From Trichosphaerium sp. ATCC 40318 (taxonomy: Eukaryota; Protista; Tubulinea), in the NCBI GenBank assembly GCA_038496445.1, contig JALMLS010000486.1, forward strand, positions 50,271 through 114,270: a DNA stretch of 64,000 bases, read 5' to 3'. Made by a program: the position numbers and the translations under genes. The notes under the pieces are model-generated. The model was not told the origin of the DNA. It was given only the letters and a program-made list of their open reading frames with translations, and ran no database searches. Within the stretch, counting starts at the first letter, position 1; each line of letters opens with the position of its first letter. Positions 52,592 through 64,000 of this stretch are shown piece after piece.

Positions 52592-55027
52592 ATGAACTTT
52601 TTTACTGCAACTATACTACTTGTATTATTACAAGTTTCCCTTGTCATTGGTACAGTTTAAACTTACTTGTTATGTAAGTATTCGTAGTTGCTAACCAATA
52701 ATATTAAGGTCAAGCCAATTGGCAAGATGTGCGTACTTTGGGCACTGTTGAAACAATATTAAACAGCACAGCTGCAGAAGGAATATTTGACCCGCAAATT
52801 GCTACGGGATTCATTGTACCAAACGCTGGTCCTTCTGTGTGCATGTTTTTCGCTATTAGAGGACTGTCGGGTGAAAATGGAAAGCGCTCACCAATTGGAG
52901 TAGTTGATACTGTAGCTGCAGGCGTAGCAATTAGTACGTATAACTATGTGACAGGAAAAAAGGAAACAAACGAAAACCGCTCCTAAATGTCGACTTCCAC
53001 TTAACCGTTTCCGCCTCTGTACGGGCTTTACGTGCGTAGAAGGGCCAAGGTCGATTACTTGTATGCGTTTCAGGAGGGTTGTGAGGCAAAAAAGCCGAAA
53101 ACGGCACAATATTCGGCTTTTTTGCCGCGCAAAGTGGAACAGTTTAAGTGGTAGTCGACAAGAAAAAAAAAGTTCCTCAAACCATTTAATACTTTTACTT
53201 TAACCAGTTTTGGGTTTCAATTGTACTTACCTTTTTTGGGCAAAGTTGCTTGTATATTTTCATGAGTCTTTATTTACTGTTTTTTCTCTAAGCTTTCCAG
53301 ACTTCCATTCGACCTATCAGGTTTATGGATTCTAGTGGCAACCCTCCTTTGCCAATTGATATAGTGGCTGGACCTAACGAGTTTGCTTTACTTTATTGCG
53401 AAGATCCTGATATTATTCTAAAGAAACGAGGAGAGGAACCACGTTTTACTTGTGAAATGCGGTTTATAACTGGTAATTTAACTGTATGTTTTCTCTTTCT
53501 CGTTGATGACTTTACAACTTTACTTACTTGTTCACGTGTTGTAGGGTTTCGTATTGTCAGATGCATTGGTGCTTAATACTACATCTTTGTTGGGTGATGG
53601 TATTGCTTATGATGCTGGTACACGATTTGTACTGTATATACAACAGCCAACTCAGTCTGGATGACTTTTTTTTTTGAAAGCACAACTTTTTTTTCCATAC
53701 TTGTTTGATTATGTTCCTACTAACTTTGTTTCTTTTTTTGTCGTATAGAGTCCAATACATACATTGTTAATTACATAGATGATAGTCGTACTTTATTTTC
53801 TCTATCAGTTGATGCAGTTACTAAAAATGTGACATACCTCCCATTCAACTGTACTATTCTTTTTATCGTACTTTTTTCTTCTTTTTACTAACACTTTTTT
53901 TCTTTTGTTTAGATACTTCTGATTCGATTCGTTCTGACTTTGCAATTGGTAATGACCATTGTATTGTATCATCTTTTGTACAAGATGCAAGTGACCAAAT
54001 TATTAAACTCTCAGCAATCAAAAACGGGATAACTGTACTTAACATATATTTCATTCCATTCAAGCAACTAAAACCATTTTTCTTTAGTACCTTTACGAGC
54101 ATACTCTTGTCAACATTACAAGTGGTAGTACTAACTTCATTTCTATGGCATATGATGAAATCTCAGAGCTATTTGCTGTTGTTTATACAGTACAAACAGA
54201 CACTGAAAAACGAGTGAAAACAATTATGTTTGAACTAGCTTGTGAAGAGAATCCAACCGTGAATGTCATTGGCATAGTTGATTATAATACAACAACAGCA
54301 GATCCTGCTATCATATCCACACCATCTTCAACAAATTCTTTTCTCGTGTCATGGCAATTAAATCAGAGTTTTTATGCAGCTTCATTGTCCGATTCGAATC
54401 AAGTCACCTCAAGTGTTCTTCCTGCGCTTCCTTTTGTTAATCACTTTTCCCTTCAAATGACATGGATAGATTTATCAAACGCAACTATTGGAGGTTGTGG
54501 TTCAGCTGGAGTACGTAACAATAGCACCTAGCCTAAAAATCTCAGATTGTTGAAACGCTGTTTCTTTGCTTATTGTTTATTTATTCCCTTTGTAGATTGT
54601 AGTGAAAAGTGACAGGTCCCTTCCTATGAATTGCAACTCTACTCTTTTATTTTTAAACGCTAATCCAGATTTCAACTTTATTGAATGTCCTGCTACAGCT
54701 CCACCAACGACAAGCCCGCCGACAACTGCCATGCCAACCATGACAACAGTACCAACAACTAGTGCTCCAGCAAACCCTACTACAAGCATGCCAACCGCAA
54801 CTCCAACAACTAGCTCGCCAACTACTGCTACGCCAACTGTGCCAACAGTACCAACAACTAGTGCTCCGACTACTGTTGCGCCACCAACGGCACCTGTTGC
54901 AACCCTAGCGCCAACTGAGACACCCACAAGTACTACTACTGACAGTCCAACTGTACGCTCAGGAACTACTCAAACACTATGGAACTTTGCAGTGTTTGTG
55001 TGCTCTTTTGTAATCTTTGCTGTATAA
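52592..55027 (+). CDS. Secreted/surface protein with Pro/Thr mucin-like stalk and hydrophobic (GPI-like) C-terminus
   Basis: Signal peptide MNFFTATILLVLLQVSLVIG. PTT repeats at 54690-54950. Ends WNFAVFVCSFVIFAV. Confidence 0.75.
52988..53160. mobile_element. 173-bp intronic MITE-like element with imperfect 27-bp TIRs and an internal 15-bp hairpin
   Basis: TGTCGACTTCCACTTAACC... versus ...GTTTAAGTGGTAGTCGACA. Hairpin GGCAAAAAAGCCGAA/TTCGGCTTTTTTGCC at 53085-53126. Related partial copy at about 42440-42497. Confidence 0.65.
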
Positions 55028-55073
55028 CTACAAGCTTGGAAATAAAAAAGGTCTCTGTTCTAAAACGTATAAT

Positions 55074-57023
55074 TAGTGAAAAGTATAAAATGTCCCAATT
55101 CTAGGTAAAATGTCCCCACTTTTCAATTTTTAAAATGCCTCGCAGAAGTGCCGCAAAGGCTAAAAACATGGCAGAGGCCACAAAGGAAGTACTTTATAAA
55201 CTAAAGAAGCGTAAACCTTCACAAACACTCTCAATTCGTCAAATTTGCATCACAGTGGCTAAAAAACACTGTGTTAAATCAGAATCACTACAAAAGCATG
55301 TTCAGAGGGCATTTGCAAAGGAGAATTCGGAGAATTTCAAATCTCATGGCAACCAACTTTTTACGGATTTTGAAGAAGAAATGTTGGTTGGCTACTGTTT
55401 GAGTTTTAGCAGGCGTCATATTCCTCTATCACGTGCAGCCTTGATATCTATGGCACAAAGTCTGTACAAGAAGAAGAAGTCGACCAGTATGGAAGCTTGG
55501 TGTGATGGCTTCACTGAAAGACACAATATTGAACTCAAAGCCACTGTTTCGAAGACAATTCGCCGCTGCCGTGTATCTCCTGTCACTCTGCCACGTGTAG
55601 AAGCTTGGTGTGATGGTTTTGAGCAATTCTCAGAGATGTATTATATGAACCCAGATTTGATGTTCAATTGTGACGAAAAGTTGATAACAGCATCAAGTGA
55701 CAAGTATCAACACATTACCTTTCAAGATAGAACGATGAAAATTGCTGGGCGGCTGAACAATAACACAAGCAGCCCTCTCACGTTGATTCCGTTTGTTTCA
55801 GCCTCTGGACGCGTACTGGTGTCAATTTATATAATGGCAGCAAAAAACAAAGGTGATGAACAAAAAGTGCATCAAATGACAGTACCCAGACCAACAAATA
55901 CCCGCTCTTCATGGCCTAGATACTATATATTTCATGGTAAAGGGTATGTGACCAACGAAATTTGGCCAAAAATTCTTGATGTGTTCTTAAAGCACTTGAA
56001 AATTTTTCAAGGGGACAGGGTTGCATTTTTATTCCTTGATAGATTGGCCAGCCACATTAAAACAGAATCGTTACAAAAATGCCTTGAACAGCATGTACAC
56101 ACTATCACATGGGTGCCTCATACCTCACATTTCACGCAACCCTTAGATGACAAGCCATTTGCTACCCTAGCTCAGGCATATAAATTAAACAGGAAAATTA
56201 CAATTGAAAGTGGCACAGAGATCAAACATAAAACACGACGTTATGACATAATGGCTGTTGCAGCTGCAGAGACCAAAGCACTGTCTCCCAAAATCTTAAA
56301 ATCGGCATGGAAGTCCGGCATTGTACCCTACAACAGAAAGTTGATCTTAAATCATGCTTCAAAAAATGTAGGGGTCCAACCTAAACAATCACCTTCTTTC
56401 ATCACCGATACTGCTAGAAAAGCCAAAAACGCTATGGATGAGCTATACAGCCACAGCAATCAAGTAAATGCCCTAACAATCGGTCCAATGACAGTACCAA
56501 AAGGGGATGCTTATATTGCTACCCAAATGGTTGAATTAGCAAAAAAAAAAGATAGATAAAGAACAAGAAATTAAACACAAGGCAGAGCTAAGGCAACTCA
56601 AGAGAGATGCTAAACAAAAAAAAATTGAGGAGGAGAATGTTCGTAGAGAGGAGACAAGACAGAAAGAAAAAAACAGGAAAAACTTGCCACTGCTAAGAAG
56701 AAGTACAAAATGAATGTGAGACCTGTCAGATATGTGGCGAGCGCTTATGGAGGGAGGATCTACGTGGGTGTGGTGTGAAGTCTGTGATCAGTATGGGTCA
56801 TGCCCATGCTGCTTAAAAGAATTTGATGGAAAAATGGTTGAAATGCACAAAGAAGAATGTACAGGAGGGCGATCTGGTAACTGGTACTCAACGCAAATGG
56901 ACACATCATGTTAAATCAGAATAAAAAAGTATTTTTTAAGAGCGTAGCATCAATTTTTTGTTCAAAAAAGTGTTGAAAAGTGACATTTTACCTGTGGTTG
57001 GGAATATTTTATACTTTTCACTA
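55074..57023 (+). mobile_element. pogo/Fot1-type Tc1-mariner DNA transposon
   Basis: TIRs GTGAAAAGTATAAAAT.TCCCAA...GGTAAAATGTC at 55076 and reverse-complemented ending at 57021. TA on both flanks. Confidence 0.9.
55135..56914 (+). CDS. DDE_1 transposase (CENP-B-like HTH, DD35D); 3' Cys-rich tail frameshifted
   Basis: FNCDEK, FLDRLASH and QPLDD, with 35 residues between the last two Asp. The ORF stops at 56559 just after an A10 run. Coiled-coil and CxxC segments continue in other frames to 56914. Confidence 0.85.
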
Positions 57024-57386
57024 AATGCGTATCTTGAAAAAAAACCAAAAAAACTCAGTTTTACAAAAAAGAGCTACCGTTAAATATTAGCACATAAAGG
57101 TTCTTTTTGTATATGGCAGCAAATTCGCTTGGTCCAGACCGACTGACATAGTGCCAAAATCACAAACCCTGAAACTTGTCTGATGGAAATATTCGTATTT
57201 CTTGGTCTTTGTACCCACGTTTTGCTACTTTCCAAAATACCTCAAAGTCGTTTACACGTGTTATACACATAGAAGCAATTTAGAGTCTTATTACGTGACC
57301 ATGAGTGAGAATAACACTGACAAAAACGTTAGCCTTTTTTGTGAGTAAAAAGAGGCTGAAAAAAAGTCACAGCCCATTCAATAGCC

Positions 57387-58383
57387 ATGCAACAAGTACT
57401 AATCGCGCTACTACTGCTTTCATGCGCTATACTAGCTAAAAGCGAGTTTATTGAAGCGTTACCAAGGTACTTATTAAATTTAATGTCGTTGCTGACGTGT
57501 GAGACAAAGGTTAACGTGGTCAAACCACTCTGCGCTTGATCCTACAGCATGGCCATGTTCTATTGATAAAGTAGATAATATTGGAATACAGACATTCCTA
57601 ACAACCTACAAAGAAAAGTTACCAGTGATTATAACCGGCTCATCGAATAATTCGCAGTTTGTACAGTCATGTCAAAGAAATAACCTTATTGAGCGCTATG
57701 GTGACGCTACAGTAAGGCTATCAACAGCGAATAGCTATTCGTACGAAAAAAGAGACGAAAAGCTACGTACATACGTAGAAGAGATGATGTTTCCTCAAAA
57801 CGTACCAAATGAATTACAAATACGCCCTTATTAATCAAACAACGTTTAGCTGGACACTCCAGGAGATAAAACGTACTACCATTTTGGTGACAACAACCAC
57901 AAAGAGTTTGAAGACTTGTTCAATGAATACGTCCTACCCAAGTATCTTGATAAGGATAAACCATATGCTATTAGTTTCGGCTTAGCAGGAGATGGTTCTG
58001 GTGTACCTTTTCATTTTCATGGTGCAGTATGGGCCGGTAAGTCGTCATAGACATTTTTTTTCAAGTTGTTTTTTTACTTCGTTAACGGTTTCACTTTTAG
58101 AGGTAGTTCATGGATACAAGCTTTGGTTGCTTTATCCACCTTCGCCTAAACCTGTTTTTGAACCTAATGAAACAACACTCAAGTGGATACAAACACGTTA
58201 TAGGCACATGTCAGGTGCTGAAAAACCGATAGGTAGAGCTCGTAAATATTTTTAGTTCGTGTCATTCTAAACAAGATTGTAGTTTGTGTGTTGCCACCTG
58301 GAGAGTTATTGTACATACCCAATGGTTGGTATCATGCTACACTAAACATGGGAGAGTCTGTCTTCATCTCAGTATTTGTTTAA
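57387..58383 (+). CDS. JMJD8: Signal-peptide JmjC protein, JMJD8-like
   Basis: VRLSTANSYSY, YHFGDNN, SFGLAGDGSGVPFHFHG, KLWLLYPP, PNGWYHATLN. Confidence 0.8.
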
Positions 58384-58781
58384 CCTCAAGAACAGCAAAA
58401 CAAAAGAAAACAGAGTTTTCTTTACCTTGGCCACACAACACGAGTAATAGAAATTAGCATGGATTGAAACCTGTCACAAACATAGCAAGTACAGAAAGAA
58501 TCCACAAACCCGCAAAAACGAATAAATCACACCCAGCAGCTAGAAAGCGAAATAAAAAAAAAAAGACACTCAAAAAAATATCCAAAAAGTTGTTTGCACG
58601 TGATGTGCTGTATGTAGATAATGGTATTCCATTCTGTTAACTAAAACCGTAAATGAGCACATGAGTACTAAAGTGGTGACTGTAAAACTCGAGTATAAAG
58701 AGGTTTCCTTAACGATCTTCAAATTCTCGCTTAGCTGTAAATTGAGTTGCTCAACGCTCGTCGCAATGGATGGCTAAATAA

Positions 58782-60747
58782 ATGAGTAAACGAAAGACTA
58801 CAGGCACTGGTTAGTATAGCACGATTTTGTGTTTTTAACAGCAGATTAATTTTAAACAATACTCTAGGCACTGCCAGACCGCCTAAGAAGCGAAAAACGA
58901 ATGCAAAATTTGATCCAATTGTTCTGTATGATATGTTAAGCGATCGGAACGAGCAGCTCGCTCAATGGACCTCAGACGATAGTTTTCGTTTAGAATACAG
59001 CAAAAAAGGTACATTAATTAAATTATAACAACGACACGCGCTTTCCTTACGTAAATATCCTCTAAAGCTAACGTTAGTAGTTCCTGGGTCAGCTCCTCTC
59101 TCACAATTGATTGGTGGTGCTAAAAATCTTTCGTACTACGGATTCAGTAAGATAGAAGGACGAGACGACTGGTAACGCCTTTATTTGCTTTACAGAGTCT
59201 TTTTTTTAACAATTGTAACATAAATTATTTCTAAGTTTGTTAAAAGGTTTCATCTGCTCGTAGAGAAGGACACAGGAAAGCGTGTATTCCGTCAGCATAA
59301 CAGAGATGATATAGGTGCAAAGGTAAACGACATTTTGGAGTTTTCTTTGAAATTTAAAAAATTTTACGCCTAACACTTTTTAAACAAGATACAACGTGCA
59401 GCTATGAAACACTATGAACCTGCTGGGTACGTTTACAATAAATACATTAAGATAAAATGCAATGACTTGTCAAATTACAAAAGTCTTCTAATTTTTTTTT
59501 TTTTGATGATGTTCACGTTTGTTACAATGTATTATTTCTTACTCGATTTTTAGCACTATAATTGAAAAAAATATAGCGCTTATGATCCGTTACAGTATTT
59601 ATCTATTACACATTCAAGTAATCTTGTCGCTGGGATGCATGTTAACGCAAACGATGGCGATGTTTTAACGCTTCGGATGAAAATAAATAACCTTGAAGGA
59701 GAACTTAATACAGTAAAGGCTAAGCTTGCCAAGAAGGAGAGTGAGGTTGATATTTGGAAAGATCAGTGTTATGCGCTACTTCGCAAAAATAATGACACAA
59801 ACGGCACACAACAAGTGAGTATACAATCATGATTTGTTTCACAAAAAAAATTTTGTAATTTTTTTTTTTAGAACGGACTTGCAAATACTGGTGAGTCAAT
59901 TGCATTACCTGACGCGAAAGTATCCCTAGCCCCTGAAGATAATATATATGAATGCCCTATTTGTTGTGACATGACACATCTTAACGAACTTCGCGGATTT
60001 GGTTGTGGTCATCACTGTACGTTTAAGAAAAATCAAAAAAAAATTTGAAAACCCTCTCCACGTTTCGAAGAAAAGTAAGGCTCGCTGTTCAGGGCCTGGA
60101 GTCTTTTTGAATTTTTTTAAATTATGCTTACACGTGCTTTTTAATAAATAGGTTGCCGATCGTGCTTGAAGACTTACATTTCAAAACAAATCGCAAATCG
60201 AGCTATTCCTATTAGATGCCCTTTCCCTTGTGACCACGAAATTCAACAAGGTGAAATCACATGCCATATTGATCCACAACAATATAAACAATATATGGCC
60301 GCTGTACACGACTCATTGGTTATGCGTAGCGATGACCTAGTGTACGTACAAACAAATCAAAAATTATTACCAAAGTTAGCTTACCATTTTACTAAACAGG
60401 TACTGTCCTACTCCTGATTGCGACCAAGTTGTTCAATGGGATAAAGATCGCAACCCACGACTTCAATGCCAAAAATGTTGCAACACATGGTGCCTCCTAT
60501 GCAAAGTACCTTGGCATGATGGTCTCACATGTCAAGAGTATCAAGCTTCTCGTTTCCTCCACCATTAGATCCAGAACCACTTGATCTTAATATCGGTGAT
60601 GGTGGGTTTGTTACTTGTGCTTGTGGTACTTGGTTGGAGTATACATCTGGCTGTTATGTTGTCACTTGTATTTGTGGTAGAAGAGTTTGTGGCAAGTGTG
60701 GTAAGGTTGTCGAGCCTGGAAACACTTGCTCTCACACCACGTGGTGA
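58782..60747 (+). CDS. HSF-type DNA-binding-like domain + coiled coil + RBR (RING1-IBR-RING2) E3 ubiquitin ligase
   Basis: All splice phases join in frame. LYDMLSD..QLAQWTSDDSF...NLSYYGFSKI..W. CPICC..CGHHCCRSC..CPFPC, YCPTPDC..CQKC..CLLCKVPWHDGLTC, CAC..SGCYVVTCICGRRVCGKC. Confidence 0.8.
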
Positions 60748-60953
60748 TTTTCTCGAAAAAAACGGGAATGGATGATGTAAGAGTAATATTCGGATATTTG
60801 TAAATTTTTTTTAAAATAACTTGTAAAAAGAGAAATAGAAACCAATTGGTTTAAAATTATGACGTGTTTCTGTAAATGCGAAAAAATAGAAAAGTGCGCT
60901 TAATGAATTTTTTGGTTAAGTTGTTTGAAGTTTTTTTGTTTTATTTGTGTACT

Positions 60954-62794
60954 ATGTCTGTGGAAGTGCAGCATAAGATAGTAGTTATTGGAGCAGGTGT
61001 AGTAGGTCTTTCGACAGCAGTTGTTTTGTCGGAATGTTCAAAACTCGACAACAGCACAATACAGATTATTGATAAGGTATTACCACCAGGAAACCAAGCT
61101 TCTGCTTTATCTTCAGGATTGGTAAGCTAATTGTTTATTTAAACACGCATTCCAACCATATACAGGTATACTACCCAGCGCTATTGAGCGAAAAACACGG
61201 GCGAAGCACAATTGAACGGTTTAAGCAATTATCCACCAACAGCGAAGAAACAGGTACAAGCACATTAAACTAACGGCATTATGTGTTCGAATGGTAACCA
61301 TTTTTAGGCGTTGTAATTACACCATCCGTCATTTTGCGCCGAACAGACGAAGGAGGCGTTATAACAAAGCCAGCTGACTTTACTGCTGAAACATTAACCA
61401 AACTCCAAGAACTCGATCCAAGCTTTCGAAAAGCAACTACAGAGGAGCTCAAAGGTGCGTCACATCAAGGTAAACATTCTAAGGGCATAACAAGTTCCAT
61501 AGGAGCACCTAATGGCATGTTTGGACCTCAGCCCGTAATTGCAATGCCAACGTACTTGCAGTATTTAAAAAACAAATTGGATAGTCACAAACGCGTCAGC
61601 TTTGAGCAAGCCAACATATCAAGCCTACGAGAAGTGTTTCAAAAAACAAATGCGTCAGTTATTATAAATGCTGCTGGAATTGGTGCTGGAACACTTACAG
61701 GAGAATCTGTAACTTCATTAAGTACGTTTGAAGCAAAAAGGGATGATTTTCGGATGTTAATCCCTTTTAATGATTTTCGGGGTTTTGTTCTTTAGCGATG
61801 ACGTGTAGTTATACTGGCGAACCGTAAAGCGGTTTTTTGACAAAAACGGCATTAATTTCCCACAATTGATTTCGCTGATTTACCTCTATTCGCGTTTAAC
61901 TATTCGCTTAGGTAGCCATATGATGCTTTTAAAGCATACTGGTAAAACACTCGCACGAGATAATTATGTATCGTACTACGACGAAACTAACCCTCTGGTA
62001 ACACCTACTACTTTCCACGTCAAGATGGGTGCATTTTAGGCAAGTTATACTAAATTTATTGAAATCGTGATTTATACTGTCGATTCCGAAGGAATAGTCC
62101 AATACACAATTTTATAACGTATTTACGGAGCTTTTTTTCTGTTTTGTTCCAAAAAAAACCGATCGGTTGAAAAGTTTTTTTGCGATGTGCCTTTGTTTAA
62201 CGTCTTTTAAATAGGCGGTACAGACACTACAGCTATTGGTAATAATGTTGATGATACAGTTATAACTAATATACTCGCTCGTGTTGATTTAATGTTACCA
62301 GAGTTGAGCTTAAAAGACGCACAGATAGAACGTACTTGGGTACACATTCGATACTTTTCATCAACTTCTAACTTTTTTTTTTTCCTTTCTTATTTTCTTG
62401 TAATTAATCTGTTTAAAGGTTGGTTCACGCCCTATACGTGCTAGTGGTGTTAGATTAGAAGTAGAAGAAACAAATGAAGGACCTGTAGTACACAACTATG
62501 GCCACGGTACTGATATTTTTCTAAAATACAAAAACCTGTTTTTTTGGGTTTTTTTTTTACAAACAAAAAATTATCATCCCTCAATAAAGTAAACTAGCAG
62601 GCTTGGGCATAACAACATCTTGGACGTCTGCAGAAACAGCTGTAGAGCTTGTTATAAAACGATTGAACTATTTTTCTTCCTTGGAGGATTCAAGCTTAAA
62701 GAGGCCGTTCGAGGGTGCTGGTGATGGTGAAGATGATCAATCACCTAAAAAAAGACGTCGTATACAAAGTACAGACAAGAATGTTGAAGAATGA
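60954..62794 (+). CDS. DAO: D-amino-acid oxidase family flavoprotein
   Basis: IVVIGAGVVGLSTA, MPTYLQYL, IINAAGIGA, ILGGT, VGSRPIR..VRLE, VVHNYGHGGLGITTSW. Confidence 0.9.
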
Positions 62795-63476
62795 GTTGGA
62801 GGAGTTTTGTACAAAAAAAAAAAAAATAGTTGTATTTTTATGTGTGTTTAAAAACATTTAAAGTTTTTATTTTGATTAAGTAGAGCTTACTCAAAGCAGC
62901 GTGTTACTCGTTCTTAGTAATTTTGTAAAACACACATTCTCCGTAGCCTGGGATAAATACCTTAGTAAAACAGTTTTCAACAAATTTTTTTTTTTTTTGA
63001 CTTTACAAAAAGATTATCTTAAAATCATTTTCATCAAATATGAGGCATGGAAATTATGCGTGACGATGGACTTAATGAGATTGTCGATAATCGATAATCC
63101 GGGTCAATTCGTGGGATTGCTTTATTTTTAGAAAGACTATAGAGTGTACGTAGACGCGGTGTGATGCCTTTCGAAAATGAACTACAAAACAGGGTCAATG
63201 CACTTCCAATTTAGGTAAAATACATTTATGTACAGAAAAGTAAGTGTAATTTTCCTAGTCAAAATGCGATTTACAAACGCCCTAAACTTGCTAGACGGTT
63301 GATTGTATCAATTGAAGAAGCTCAAAAGTTAGAAATAAGAAAGATGACTGACAGAGAAAGAAATTCTCACGAAGTATCTCGGTACGGCAATTTACTAAAA
63401 AAAAAGAACAATTATAAAACGATTCTACATTAAGTCACCCTCCGGAAAAAGCCAAAGAACTTTCACCAAAACACCA

Positions 63477-63986
63477 ATGCAACGCCTTATCATCCTTGCC
63501 GCTGTTCTATCTGTAGCCATTGCGCTCACCGCTACCAGTTGCGACTTTAAATGCGCTCGCAAGCACGTAACATGCCAGAAAGCCGATATCGCTCCAGGAG
63601 TATGCTCTAACCAACAAGAACACTGTGTAAAGCAGTGCAACAATGGTCTTCCATCTACAAACGATAAACTCAACATGCTCATTAAATCCCAAGACGACCC
63701 AGACAAAGACTTGCTTTGCGTAATACCTTGTGTATTCGAAGGTTTAATTTGTGAGCAAGCATTCAGCAGCAACAGTTCAATCTGCCGGAGAGCTTGGGGT
63801 GCATGTATTAAGTTCATGGGATGCGGAAGCGCTGTCCCAACAGTAGCACCTGTAGAACGCATTGCTGAAGGCAACCCAAAATGCAAGCATGCTTGCCTTT
63901 TGCTAAAAGAGAAATGTATCAACCTTGGCTACAAACCAGAAGTCTGTAACGCAGTAAAACAAACCTGTGATGAACAGTGTCTTTAA
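63477..63986 (+). CDS. Secreted protein with three six-cysteine repeats
   Basis: Signal peptide, 18 Cys, intronless, TAAATAAA at the stop. Confidence 0.8.
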   Translation: MQRLIILAAVLSVAIALTATSCDFKCARKHVTCQKADIAPGVCSNQQEHCVKQCNNGLPSTNDKLNMLIKSQDDPDKDLLCVIPCVFEGLICEQAFSSNSSICRRAWGACIKFMGCGSAVPTVAPVERIAEGNPKCKHACLLLKEKCINLGYKPEVCNAVKQTCDEQCL

Positions 63987-64000
63987 ATAAATCACTGTCA

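Noticed and set aside
54577-54927. Val/Gly-rich 116-aa minus-strand ORF
   Set aside because: Antisense shadow of the Pro/Thr repeat exon on the plus strand.
63425-63922. 165-aa minus-strand ORF
   Set aside because: Shadow of the secreted Cys-rich gene; no independent features.

Overview
AT-rich (about 35% GC by eye), gene-dense, intron-rich eukaryotic nuclear DNA. It is most likely amoebozoan, inferred from an Shk-type kinase-SH2 gene, a cAMP-receptor-like GPCR and GTACGT-type donors. Most short ORFs in the supplied track are exon fragments or shadow ORFs, so I rebuilt about 28 genes by hand-splicing; gene ends are approximate where stated. Recognisable genes: MKT1, ISY1, METTL5, a JMJD8-like protein, an Obg GTPase, D-amino-acid oxidase, an MFS transporter, a SET methyltransferase, a PQQ-type sugar dehydrogenase, BTB and F-box/LRR proteins. 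Mobile DNA: a DD35D pogo/Fot1 transposon and two MITE-like elements. Main observations: (1) at least 11 GC-AG introns, mostly with GCACG(T/C) donors, plus about 10-fold over-representation of the palindrome CACGTG; (2) an HSF-like DNA-binding domain fused to a coiled coil and an RBR E3 ligase; (3) three intact-looking pseudoenzymes (F-box-pseudo-Ras, pseudo-Rab1, Shk-like pseudokinase-SH2); (4) an inverted LRR gene pair around METTL5 with patchwork divergence. All domain assignments are from motif recognition, not database searches.
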